Shown here piece after piece: positions 1 through 10,475 of a stretch of DNA of 64,000 bases. The notes below the pieces were generated by a model. That model saw nothing but the letters and a program-made list of their open reading frames with translations, had not been told where the DNA came from and searched no databases. Both the position numbers and the translations under genes were made by a program. Origin of the DNA: Octopus sinensis (lineage: Eukaryota); assembly GCF_006345805.1 (NCBI RefSeq), contig NC_042997.1, forward strand, positions 41,106,001 to 41,170,000. The letters run 5' to 3'. How positions within the stretch are numbered: the stretch's first letter is position 1; every line of letters starts with the position of its first letter.

Positions 1-205
1 TTTCAGGAATAATATTTTTATGCAGACAATTATCAACTGACAGTCATTGACATGTTCAGACTCAATCAAATAAATATAACACGAATATGAGAACTGAATA
101 TGATTTCCTATATTAGAGAGTGCGAAAACATGGAAATAAGGGGATATTAAATTTAAAGACATCGTATATTACTCATGTATAAACGACAACATTGAATGAA
201 CTTAC

Positions 206-277
206 AAATACTGTAAGCTTAGAAGGCCTTTAAACATCTCTTTTTCAGTCCTTGAAATATTATTGTCGGAAAGATCT
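206..277 (-). CDS. 72-nt phase-2 LRR exon (one 24-aa leucine-rich repeat) of an LRR protein gene; gene continues beyond the left edge
   Basis: Minus strand reads tttcctgcttcAG|A GAT CTT TCC GAC AAT AAT ATT TCA AGG ACT GAA AAA GAG ATG TTT AAA GGC CTT CTA AGC TTA CAG TAT TT|GTAAG = (L)DLSDNNISRTEKEMFKGLLSLQY(L). Exactly 72 nt, canonical AG/GT, fits LxLxxNxIxxxxxxxFxGLxxLxxL. Confidence 0.9.
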
Positions 278-384
278 CTGAAGCAGGAAACAATATTGGT
301 TAGATTGACATAGTGTGAATTGCGATAATATATTCAATATTGTTCTTTATGAAAAGCGACTAATTATAGGAAAATAATACAAGA

Positions 385-1185
385 GGAACATGAAAGAGGT
401 TGTGGAGAAGAAGAAGACAAAGACGAAGGGGAGGAGGGAGAAGGGGAAAAGAAGAAGACAAGGAGGTAGGGGAGGGGAGAAGAAGTAGAAGAAGGAGTTG
501 GAGGAGAAGGAGGAGGGGAGGTGAAGAAGGATGAGGACGGGGGAGGACAAGGAGATACAGGAGGGGGAGGAAAATAGGAGGAGGAGGAGCAGAGGGTAGA
601 ATAAGAGAAGATGTAGAAGATTAAAAAGAGGAGAAAGAAAAGAAGAAGTAGAAGAAGGAGGAGTAGGGTTAGGAGAAGTCGAAAAAGAGGGGGAGGAAGA
701 GAAGGAGGAAGAGAATAACAAAACAAAGAAGATAAGAAGAAGAAAAAGGAGGAGGAGGAGGAGAAGTAGGAGAAAAAAAGAAAAGAAGAAGAAGAAGAAG
801 AAGAAGAAGAAGAAGGAGTAGGAGGAGGAAGAGGAGGAGGAGGAGCTGTGGAGAAGAAGAAGAAAAGAAGAAGAAGGAGGAAGAGGTGAGGAGGAGGAGG
901 AGGAGCGGAGGAGAAGAAGAAGAAGTAGAAGAAGGAGGAAGAGGAGGAGGCGGAGGAGCGGAGGAGAAGAAGAAGTAGAAGAAGAAGGAGGAAGAGGAAG
1001 TGGAGAGAAGAAGAAGTAGAAGAAGACGAAAAAGAAGAAGAAGAAGAAGAAAAGAAGAATAAAGAAGAAGAAGAAGAAGAAGAAGAAAAAGAAGAAGAAG
1101 AAGAAGAAAAAGAAAAGAAGAAGAAGGTGATGATGATGATGAACCTGAAGAAGAAGAGCAACAAGAAGAAGTAGAAGAAGGATGA
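385..1185 (+). repeat. Polypurine (GAA/GGA/AGA) low-complexity tract in the LRR intron
   Basis: About 800 bp almost entirely A/G on the + strand. It generates the spurious 283-aa and 266-aa ORFs. Confidence 0.95.
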
Positions 1186-1914
1186 TCAAATATGTCATTC
1201 TGAATAAGTCTCTGAATATTAGTGGATCACGTTTTCACTCTATGTACATCCCATTTACTGATCCGAGCAGTGGAATGAACACATCTGGAGTTTTTGATAA
1301 GTCTCAGATCGAATAATGGATGAAAGATGGCAACTTTGCAAATTCAAGGAATTACATTGAAGCAACAGGACGGAATTCCTTTTTAATAATTGCAAATGCC
1401 TTTTTAGGCAACACGAATACTTCGAACAGTGCTGAAATAATCGATAACCTGCTGGAGAGCTTTTAGAAGTTGGGCACAAATATCAGTATATAGCCGCACT
1501 ATTTCCACAACTACAACAAACAAGGAATAAAAATTCAACTTTGCCTTACACCTAGAGTAGAGGTTTCCATTTACAGATCTATGAATTCTGATAGCCATAA
1601 AAATGTCATATTTTCTTTCGATTAGGAGAAAAGCACTTTTCAATACTCTTCACAGGACGGTCGATTCTAATGGGAAGAAGAGAGGATCAGAATGCTTAAA
1701 ACAAAAGGGATTTCACTAAAGGAATTCAAACTGCCAAATGGTGGTGTCGAACCGAAATGTGGTTTAAGCCTACCAATCTAATAGATCATTAGAGTAGAGA
1801 CAGAGAAAGGGTACAGCATACCTGTGGAGCACAACCAAAGGTACCCTCAAGGTTACTTAAAGGTAGCCTTGGTTTACTTGTCGTTCAAAATGCTGGGCTT
1901 CATTAGCACCGAGT

Positions 1915-2430
1915 ATCTCTCTTGGCGATAGCAGATCCTTAGCACAGTTAGGACAGTATCCTAAAAAATAACCCCTCTCATTGGAGCCAGAAGATAACTC
2001 AGTCCCCTACAGCTGTTGACACTTTACAATGTTCAAATAAAGCCCACTATGAAGAATTCTCCTCTTCTGGAACCGTGTTGCACATAGACATCCTGGATCG
2101 CATTTAGAAAAGGGCGACTTGGCTACATAGCAATCCATCCTTAACAGACGCACTTTATTCTCTGTTTCACAAGCAGGTTGTTTTCTCTCAGTATTTTTTT
2201 TCTCTTTTGCTGTTATATTACAGCCCCTTCTTCCAGGTACTGCCAATTCACTTGTCAATCCCCTTCGTATCATCCTTGATTCATTAAACCTCAGCCCGTT
2301 CTCAGTGTTAACCATTATGCTTAATTCTTAATCCCCCAAAACATCGTCCATCTTCCTGTAAGTGTTGACCTGTATCAATTTAATCGGAATCTTAATGGTA
2401 TTTCTTTCACCCGTATTGGAGAGCCTGCAA
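1915..2430 (+). mobile_element. Decayed CR1/Jockey-group LINE, post-RT 3' region
   Basis: + strand reads LSWR*QILSTVRTVS*KITPLIGARR*LSPLQLLTLYNVQIKPTMKN..., resembling the LSWxxHIxS...QLLTLYKAQIRP region of CR1/Jockey-type ORF2. Many stops. Confidence 0.6.
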
Positions 2431-3360
2431 GAGTTATGGAACTTATCTGCTCCTTTCTCCAGCATCGGAAAAATAAAAAAAATAGCATCACAAGCCATCG
2501 GACATTGCGTCTGATTCGACGTCCTTTTGATCTCAAAAATATATGACATAAGGTCGACCTCGGAGGAATTTGAAGTTAGATTGTCAAGTGTTACAACAAA
2601 TACTCGATTTCTGCTAATTCGCTCTTATGAATGATGAAAATATATAACTTATTAAATAGATTATCGACTTCACTATTCAACATCTTGAGGTATAAGAGAT
2701 TTAGATAATACCGTTATTCAAATTTTGTTGTTTGTTTTACGTTAGGATTTTCTCATTTGGTCAAAACGTTCCCAATTTGTTGAGAAATAGATCTGATTGA
2801 ATGAATCGATCCACTTACATATAATTATATTTGATTAAAACTGTGAGTTTATAGTGATTTATGCAATGATGCAAGCCATTTAAGTAGAAATAATCGGCTG
2901 GAACATAGATTACTTGTTGTGATTGTCACGAGTATGTATTAAATCATTTATTTTATTTTATGCCATCTTTTAAGACGTTAATGTTTGAAGAACATATAAT
3001 TCTAAGATTGCTGTTTATCACAAATTTGGGAAATGATAAGAGTTGAACCCACTGCCGTAAGTTAATAAAGCACGTAAATGTTTCATCAGTTTTCAGTCGA
3101 ACTGGGACAGATCAATCAGTTGAAATTTTAATTAATCTTAAATCATTTTATCTCTAATAAAATGATCGAAGACGTGCGGGACTATATCCAGTTTTTTTCC
3201 CATGTTATTAAAAAAAGTCATATTACTATAAAGTTTATTTTTATATTAAACATAAATCATAATGCTTAATATTACAAGATTCACTTCTGTTTTAAATGTC
3301 AGCTTCCGTTTGAATTCCATATGTAAACAAATTGTTTTTCTTCGCGTTCGTAAAAAATGT

Positions 3361-3631
3361 AAACAATTGCAGTGTGGAAGATATTTGTAAGCCATTCAAG
3401 AATACACAAATACCCTTTGTTCGCTTCAACAATTCAATTTCATTTGTGTCAAAATATGTTCCTCTCTTTGAAACCGCGACCTCTTCGCTAACAAAACTTC
3501 GTCAATGAACAGGTTGCAGTTTTAAAGCGACGAAAATATTTTGGCACAAATGAAATTTAAATGTTGAAATGAAACTAACGGTTTTTGTGTTCTTCAATGG
3601 CTTACAAATATCTTCTATGCTGCAATTGTTT
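3361..3631. repeat. ~50-bp inverted repeat pair (MITE-like hairpin)
   Basis: aaacaattgcagtgtggaagatatttgtaagccattcaagaatacacaaa (3361-3410) is the reverse complement, with a few mismatches, of tttttgtgttcttcaatggcttacaaatatcttctatgctgcaattgtttt (~3582-3631). Confidence 0.7.
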
Positions 3632-4276
3632 TAGTTTTAGTACATTATCCCACATCAAGTCATTTGCTACGCAAGTACATCGCCGTAAAAATGTAATATA
3701 GATAAAAACAACAATCTATCTATCTGTCTGTCTGTCTGTCTGTCTATCTGTCTGTCAGTCTGTCTGTTTATAATATAATGATTGAAGATATGCTGGACTG
3801 TGTCCAGTTTACTTATTTTTCTCCACCTTATTAAAAAGTCAAATTACTTTGAAGAAATTAGAAATGAATATTAATCAAGGATTATTTGCTGATTACAAAA
3901 TAACCTATAACAGTTTTTGTTCAATTCAAGTGCATATTTTCAATTTACTTTGTAATTTATGTATCATATCTATATGTATATATATAATATTAGTGTGTGT
4001 AATACATATACTAGCAAACCACCCGGAGGGGCAGTTTTCCTGCTAGTAGGACTAATAATTAATATGTGTTCATGTCTGAAAAGTTATTATGTTTGTGGTA
4101 GCGTAAATTTTACTGATGACATTCTATTAAAAATAAATGTTTCATCATCTGTTCACATAAAACTATTTTGCATTCATTAATTACGTATTTTAAGAATTTG
4201 CCAATTTAAACGGGTCTCGTTATTATTTACAGTTTAATCTGCCTGGGTCATTTTTAATTGTAAAAATAACCATTCC

Positions 4277-4475
4277 TACTCTAGAAACAAAGCCTGCAAT
4301 TTGGGGGTAAGGGACATAGTCCTTTACATTGATCTCACGGCTAAATTAGTATTTATTTTATCGACCCCGAAAGAAGGAAAGGCAAAGGCAGTCTCGGCGG
4401 AATTTGAACTCGAAATGTAAATACGGACGAAATGCCGCTAAGCATTTTGCTCCGATGTATTCAACGATTCTGACT
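4277..4475 (-). mobile_element. tRNA-derived SINE
   Basis: Contains atcgaccccgaaagaaggaaaggcaaag...ctcggcggaatttgaactc...ccgctaagcatt, the reverse complement of the SINE at 60073-60250. Confidence 0.75.
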
Positions 4476-4945
4476 TTTAATTGTAAAACTAATACAATCA
4501 ATAATCAAACAATAATTAACAATAATTAACATCTATTCTGCGACGAGATCGACTGTTATTATATCATATTAATGTGACAATAAACAACAATCTAAATAAT
4601 TAAAGCAATAATATAATTCTATGATAGACACAACACGTTTTATAAGCACCAAAGTTTCCGTATTGTCCGTTGGTTGAATGTGCTATAAGGAAATTTGGTA
4701 GGATCAGACAAATAACATCAAAGTTCAGATAGTAGTCAGATCCAAATCATTGTGTATGCAATGTTATAAATAATAAATTCAGTATAAGTAAACATTGAAT
4801 AAGAAACAATTTCTTTGACTTCACAGCAAGTAACATATCGGTCTGTTTTACTCTAACATTGTGTTTAAAGCTGTGAGATCAATAACATAATCGATTAGCT
4901 AAGAACATAATCGATGAAAATATGTAGAAAGAGTCAAGTACTTAC

Positions 4946-5145
4946 AAATATGTAGTATTTGGGGGTATATTTGTGGGGACTGAAGTTAATTGTCTGCCTT
5001 GACAATAAACTTTTCCAGACGAATCGCAAATACATTTGGTGCATGTATCTGGCACAGCATGGGCCCCGAAAACCAATCTTGTATAAAGTATCAACATAAA
5101 TGTCCATTGGACTAACATAGTTTGACGGAACATATTTTCAAGCAT
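4946..5145 (-). CDS. First coding exon of the LRR protein: signal-peptide-like N-terminus plus LRRNT cysteine cap
   Basis: MLENMFRQTMLVQWTFMLILYTRLVFGAHAVPDTCTKCICDSSGKVYCQGRQLTSVPTNIPPNTTY(L) has a CxxCxC...VxC...LTSVPxxIP LRRNT pattern. Acceptor (ttttcttcttttacAG, AG at 5151-5150) lies 4 nt before the ATG. GTAAG donor at 4945 is phase 2 and joins exon 206-277 in frame (TT+A = Leu). Confidence 0.9.
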
Positions 5146-5561
5146 AAATCTGTAAAAGAAGAAAATAGAAAATATCAGACTTCGATGTTATTACTTTCAT
5201 GCCGCAGATTCTTCGAAGGAAGCAAAGTTCACCCCTGTTCCATGTGACGAATATAGCTTTGTTTTCATAATTTGTTATTAAAAGTTAGAAAATCAAGTTT
5301 CGAGAAATTAGTGTGAAGAAATTTATTAGAGATAATAGCTTTAATGGGTGATAATGACAAAGAAAACTGGACATCAAACACACACACACAATTTGGTGGA
5401 TCTACTGTAAAATTAATGAATAATAAGTTTCCAGGACCCTAAAATTGTGGTGCCTGTAAACCCAATTAGGCTGCTAAATCTGATGGGTCCCCTTAAGCAC
5501 CTGTATTATAACGAATGGTTTTTTCTGCACCCAAGGTTTTAAGGCGTTCACACGAATTATA

Positions 5562-5599
5562 TTTGTATATATATGTATATATGTATATATATACATATA

Positions 5600-5656
<57 letters not shown>

Positions 5657-5683
5657 TATAATATATATATATAATATATATAC

Positions 5684-5715
<32 letters not shown>

Positions 5716-5747
5716 TATACATATATATATATATATATATATATAAC

Positions 5748-5780
<33 letters not shown>

Positions 5781-5803
5781 TACATATATATATAATATTA
5801 TAT

Positions 5804-5890
<87 letters not shown>

Positions 5891-5912
5891 ATAATATATA
5901 TAATATATATAC
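5562..5912. repeat. (TA)n microsatellite
   Basis: About 350 bp of interrupted TA dinucleotide. Confidence 0.95.
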
Positions 5913-6422
5913 AATGATTGATACTGAAGACGGAGTGTAATTAAAAGCTATATTTAGTACATCAATCGTTCGGCTACCTTCTGTACTGCTCCCTTGGGAA
6001 TAGGGAACGATGTATTGACATCAGATGCGTCGCACAGAGCAAAAGATCCTAATCAGGTGACGAAATAGCCTTAAGCAATTGTAAGGCTTACATTATGCTC
6101 CAAGCTAGCAGTTGGTGGTATTATGGTGTGTTGCTAGTAGTTCATAAGCATGGGTGAAGTATAGATACTTGTGGTGTGTATACAGGAAGTGGTTGATAAA
6201 ATAATACAAGGAATATGTTAAGCGGGGCGTCAATGGCATAGGACTGAAATGTCCTAAAGTATGCAGAAACCTTTGATGGCTGGATTTGGACACAAGTGTG
6301 ACGGCGTGGTCAAGAGTTTAGTGGGGGTACTTAACTGACCTATGGCCCGTGTTACTGTCAGAACCTACACCGATTCACACTAACGCCTCTACAGACACAT
6401 ACAAGTACACACACACGCACAC

Positions 6423-6459
<37 letters not shown>

Positions 6460-6619
6460 TATACACATGCGTTTATTCACACTCGTGTGATGTGCATTGC
6501 TATATTCATCTATTTATCATCATCTTGTCGCTTCACAACCTCGCTTATTTATATAGACACATATAAGTACATACTCAAATACACACACATGTGTGTGTGT
6601 ACATGTGCAAATGTGTACA

Positions 6620-6650
<31 letters not shown>

Positions 6651-6726
6651 CATGCGCAGGAACATAGAAATAATCAGATTGAATACCCGATCGCGCGGTT
6701 AAAACATCGGGAGTGAAGGACTCCTA

Positions 6727-6989
6727 GCTTTTGTTAGGGCATCCTTCTAGGAGAAGGTAACTCAGGTAACTGGGATAACTCCGACATAAAACCTGCGGCT
6801 CAGTGGTTACCGATGATGTTGACTTGTTCTTCTTTTCGGATTATGGCTGCTGTTGCTTAGTGAGTGGGATTGACTCAGTGCACATCCTTTCTTCTCTTTA
6901 AAAAAAATTTGCTTGCACAGGCATTGCACGATAACAACATTGATTAAGCTTTGTGCAATGGCCATACTCGAAAACGAGGGGGCAGCCAC
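6727..6989 (-). mobile_element. RTE-type 5'UTR-like interspersed repeat (same family as 15109-15372)
   Basis: Reverse complement of 15109-15372 with scattered mismatches. The ccttctcc(t/a)agaagg(a/t)tgccctaacaaa motif resembles RTE 5' UTRs (recalled, not searched). Confidence 0.55.
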
Positions 6990-7025
<36 letters not shown>

Positions 7026-8199
7026 CACATGCACATGCACATGTGTGTGTGTATGTGCATAGGCACACTGTGTGTATGTGTCCGTGAATGTGTAAATATA
7101 GATGGCTGCGTCTATGCACATACGCCGTATGTCATAAGAGCGTATATAAGTGATTGTATATCCGTGTGTATGTGTCTTTAAATGTATTGTATGTGTCTAT
7201 AACTGTGGCTGCCCGGGTACATTTAACATGGTATGTTAAAGGCATCCCTGCGGCTACATTTCGTCGGACTGAATCTACAAACATTATATATACTCATATA
7301 TATACACGCACACATATATACACACTAATATATGAATATGTAAGTATATGAGTATATATTTGCATATATGCGCATGTTCACGTGTGTGTGTGTGCGTGTG
7401 TGTACGTGTGTGTGTATGCGTGTGTGTGTGTGTGTATGTGTGTGTGTGTGTGTGTGACTACATCATTATATATGAATGTATATGTATCAAATGAACTCCG
7501 AACTAGTGCTCATAAAAGTTCAAGACTTTTAAAATCCCCCTTCTTAATCAGGGAAAAGCATTTCCGGAGGGAAAGAGTTAGATATATGAACCGTGTAGCT
7601 CGAACGTATGGCCTTAAATATTATTTACTTTATTAACATGGTGTTGTATAGTAATTGACGTATTTCTAATTAGCGAAGCAAAATTATAGATTGTTTTTGT
7701 ACATCTGTTTGAAAACGTCACTGGCTATTTGATGCAGCAATGTGTATTTTGCAAATGGGAGGTGATCGATGCAGAAATCATAATAAATTTATAATCATAT
7801 AACTCAAAACATTTAAACTTAGTGTCTTTGAAGAGACGATTGTTGTCTACAGAAACAGACTTTAGAAGAACGCGATTGATTTAGTTACAGACCAATATTT
7901 AAAAGCGTGAAATGGCGGTAAGCTGGGGGAATCCTTAGCGAATCAGGTAAATTGACAATTTTCTTTGTCTTTATTTTCAAAATCCATCTAGATCGACTTT
8001 GCTTTGTATTATTTCAAGGTCAATAAAATAAGTACCATTTGAGCAACTGGGTCGATGAAATCGAATTACCCCTCCCCCAATCTTGCTGGCTGTGTGCCAA
8101 AATGTTCAAGTAATATTTTAACGAAAGGGTGGGGTATTTAACCACTCATGTGCCTATCCTGTTGTCTTATGTAACTTTATTGTCTAAACTACGACTGGT

Positions 8200-9149
8200 A
8201 TCTCATATGCATATCGAATAAATGGCACAATTGTTATTAATCTTTGAGTGCTTTATTTTTAAAACGACAGTCACAGTATTTCCTCTTGTTTTATGTTATG
8301 GCCGATCCTTCTTTAACATCTGCAAAATAAATCCGTTTTATAATTTCATGAACATTCCTCCACCACTGGTCTGCTCTTTCCTGCAAAAGGAAGTTGGTAT
8401 GAATAGATTTCCAATGGATTGAAATATTGGGTGCCTCGCGAATATAAGACTTTTGTGTTGCACTTTATCTCACCCTCATCATCGAATCCACCTTACCAGC
8501 ACAGATTTATCGGGTACCATAAGTCAGGTGCCGAAGTGATCGTAGAGCAACATGGATGTGATGAAAGGTTTTTCTCAACAACACAACGCACCCACGATTC
8601 CTTTATCGTGAGTGCAACACCCTTCACCACGGGGCAATCTCCCCTCCACATCAATTATATTACCAAGATCTTTGTCCCGAATGCTTATGGTGGAGATGAC
8701 AGCGCAAATGCTCAACTGATCAGCATTCATTAGATCCGAAATCCACATCAACAAACATTATCGTAATATACCACAACATTATGTGGCTGTTAATGTTCAT
8801 TGATCTCCCCAGCATCATTCAGTTTAATACAATGCCAACCTTACTATTAAGACGAACCACCAACCTGTTAAATGACATCTTGCACTAAATTATTCTACCA
8901 TTAGCAGATGAATGAGAGTGATTTTCAACAAGATTTTCCCCCGAAAAGTGTTTAAAATAGTACACGGGATATCCCAAGTACAACACCAGCTCTATCTTCG
9001 TTGATGGCCAACTGACAGGCAAATCTGTGGTATTGACCAGAATTTCTGTCGTTGCTCCCTTTTACAATCAGATAAAACGTGTACATGGTAACACTTTCAG
9101 TCAGTTAAAATCAAAAGCTATGAGTCATACGTCGTATTGCAACAGGATA

Positions 9150-9150
<1 letters not shown>
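8200..9150 (+). mobile_element. Heavily decayed RTE-like LINE RT/3' region
   Basis: Only faint motifs (AYGGDDSA resembling LYADDxA), many stops and frameshifts, ends at an (ATT)n run. Confidence 0.3.
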
Positions 9151-9221
<71 letters not shown>

Positions 9222-9660
9222 ACTTAGATAAACTTAGATATGTTTCGACCAAAGATTGGTCCAGGCCATGTCTAACTTAATAGCACCACCTGATAGGATT
9301 ATTCGAATCCTGTTTAAGTCAAGTTTTCAAGTAGTGAGTTCTTGTTGGGTGAGTTGTATCCAGTTTTGTTCAAGTAGTGAGTTCTTGTTGGGTGAGTTGT
9401 ATCCAATTATGGGTGGCTTATCTGGTATTCTTTGAAGGAATCTATCCAGACTCTGTTTAAAATTGATAGGATCCTTTTCCTCTTTGATCTCCCTCGGGAC
9501 AATGTTAAATAGGGCAGGGCCTGTTGAGGAAAAGAAATTATGTTGCAGTGTACATGTATGCTGTGATCTTGAATTGGGCAGGGGACGTATGGCCCGTGGT
9601 CCCAGTCTTGGATGAACCTTGAAGCTAATGTTTAGGTCGTTTGGGCAAAGTTGGCGGTTT
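9222..9660 (-). mobile_element. CR1/L2-group LINE 3' end
   Basis: Minus strand reads ...HPRLGPRAIRPLPNSRSQHTCTLQHNFFSSTGPALFNIVPREIKEEKDPINFKQSLDRFLQRIPDKPPIIGYNSPNKNSLLE. It has a 3' hairpin GACCAA-tct-TTGGTC, a short repeated tail (tatctaagtt x2) and an internal ~35-bp duplication (9329-9404). Confidence 0.7.
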
Positions 9661-9791
9661 ACTACTACTACTATTATTATTATTATTACTACTACTACTA
9701 CTATTATTATTAATTATTATTATTATTATTATTATTACTACTACTACTACTATTATTATTATTACTACTACTATTATTATTATTATTATTA

Positions 9792-9825
<34 letters not shown>

Positions 9826-9878
9826 TACTACTACTATTATTATAATTACTACTACTATTATTATTATTATTATTATTA

Positions 9879-10335
9879 ATCTTCTTCAAATTTTCTTCCA
9901 TTTCTTGCCGAGTGTTTTCCATACACCTAGGGCAGAGAAGCTCATTGTATGCACACGCAAATTCACAGGTAAAATATGTATTAAAAAAAATTAATAAATA
10001 AATAAATTCATAAATGGATGTTGTTTTCACAGCGACAATGCTCTTCTCAGTACATGAGTCGTTCCAGTTAAAAGGATTTTTTGCACTTCTTGTAAGGATG
10101 GTAAGCCTGGTGTCATTTTCAAATAGGTTTCAGTACCTTTTCTTTATCATTCCTAGAGATCCTACAATTGCGGGTACTGTAGTCACCTTGAGATGCCACA
10201 TTTTTTCAATTTCTATTAGCAAGTCTATATATTTACTAATCTTGTCAAATTCTTTCTCAAGGAATACTCATGTCAATTAATAAACACACCTTTTTTGTCA
10301 GATCTTTTATAATGATATCCGGTTTATTATCTGTG
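9879..10335 (-). mobile_element. Dong/R4-clade LINE 3' fragment (restriction-like endonuclease)
   Basis: Minus strand reads NKPDIIIKDLTKKVCLLIDMSIP...ISKYIDLLIEIEKMWHLKVTTVPAIVGSLGMIK...LQEVQKI, a PD-(D/E)xK RLE. The 3' end runs into (AAT)n. Confidence 0.8.
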
Positions 10336-10410
10336 TCCATTATAACTTTCGAACAGGGGTGGTCAGCCACTTCCCCTTGCTTTATTATAATATTATGCAC
10401 TTTGAACCCA

Positions 10411-10447
<37 letters not shown>

Positions 10448-10475
10448 GTTATTGTCGTTGTTGTTGCTGTTGTTT

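Noticed and set aside
347-1198. 283-aa and 266-aa ORFs, and the many His/Thr/Tyr/Ile/Val/Cys-rich ORFs elsewhere
   Set aside because: They are translations of simple repeats that lack stop codons in some frames; no domain content.
1255-1479. LRR-like peptide LNLQSCHLSSI as an extra LRR exon
   Set aside because: There is no AG at the phase-2 position and no GT 72 nt later. Exons 4946 and 277 already join seamlessly.
2819-2897. AG...GTAAG-bounded segment in the LRR intron
   Set aside because: It is 79 nt, has a stop in the required phase-2 frame and shows no LRR pattern.
6020-6095. cagatgc-gtcgc...gtgac-GAAA-tagcctta..taaggct as a hammerhead
   Set aside because: The core has two non-compensatory changes, stem III does not register with a UH site, and there is no stem I.
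9240-9275. GACCAA-tct-TTGGTC-GAAAC as a hammerhead
   Set aside because: No CUGANGA or paired variant core and no stem I. Better explained as the LINE 3' stem-loop.
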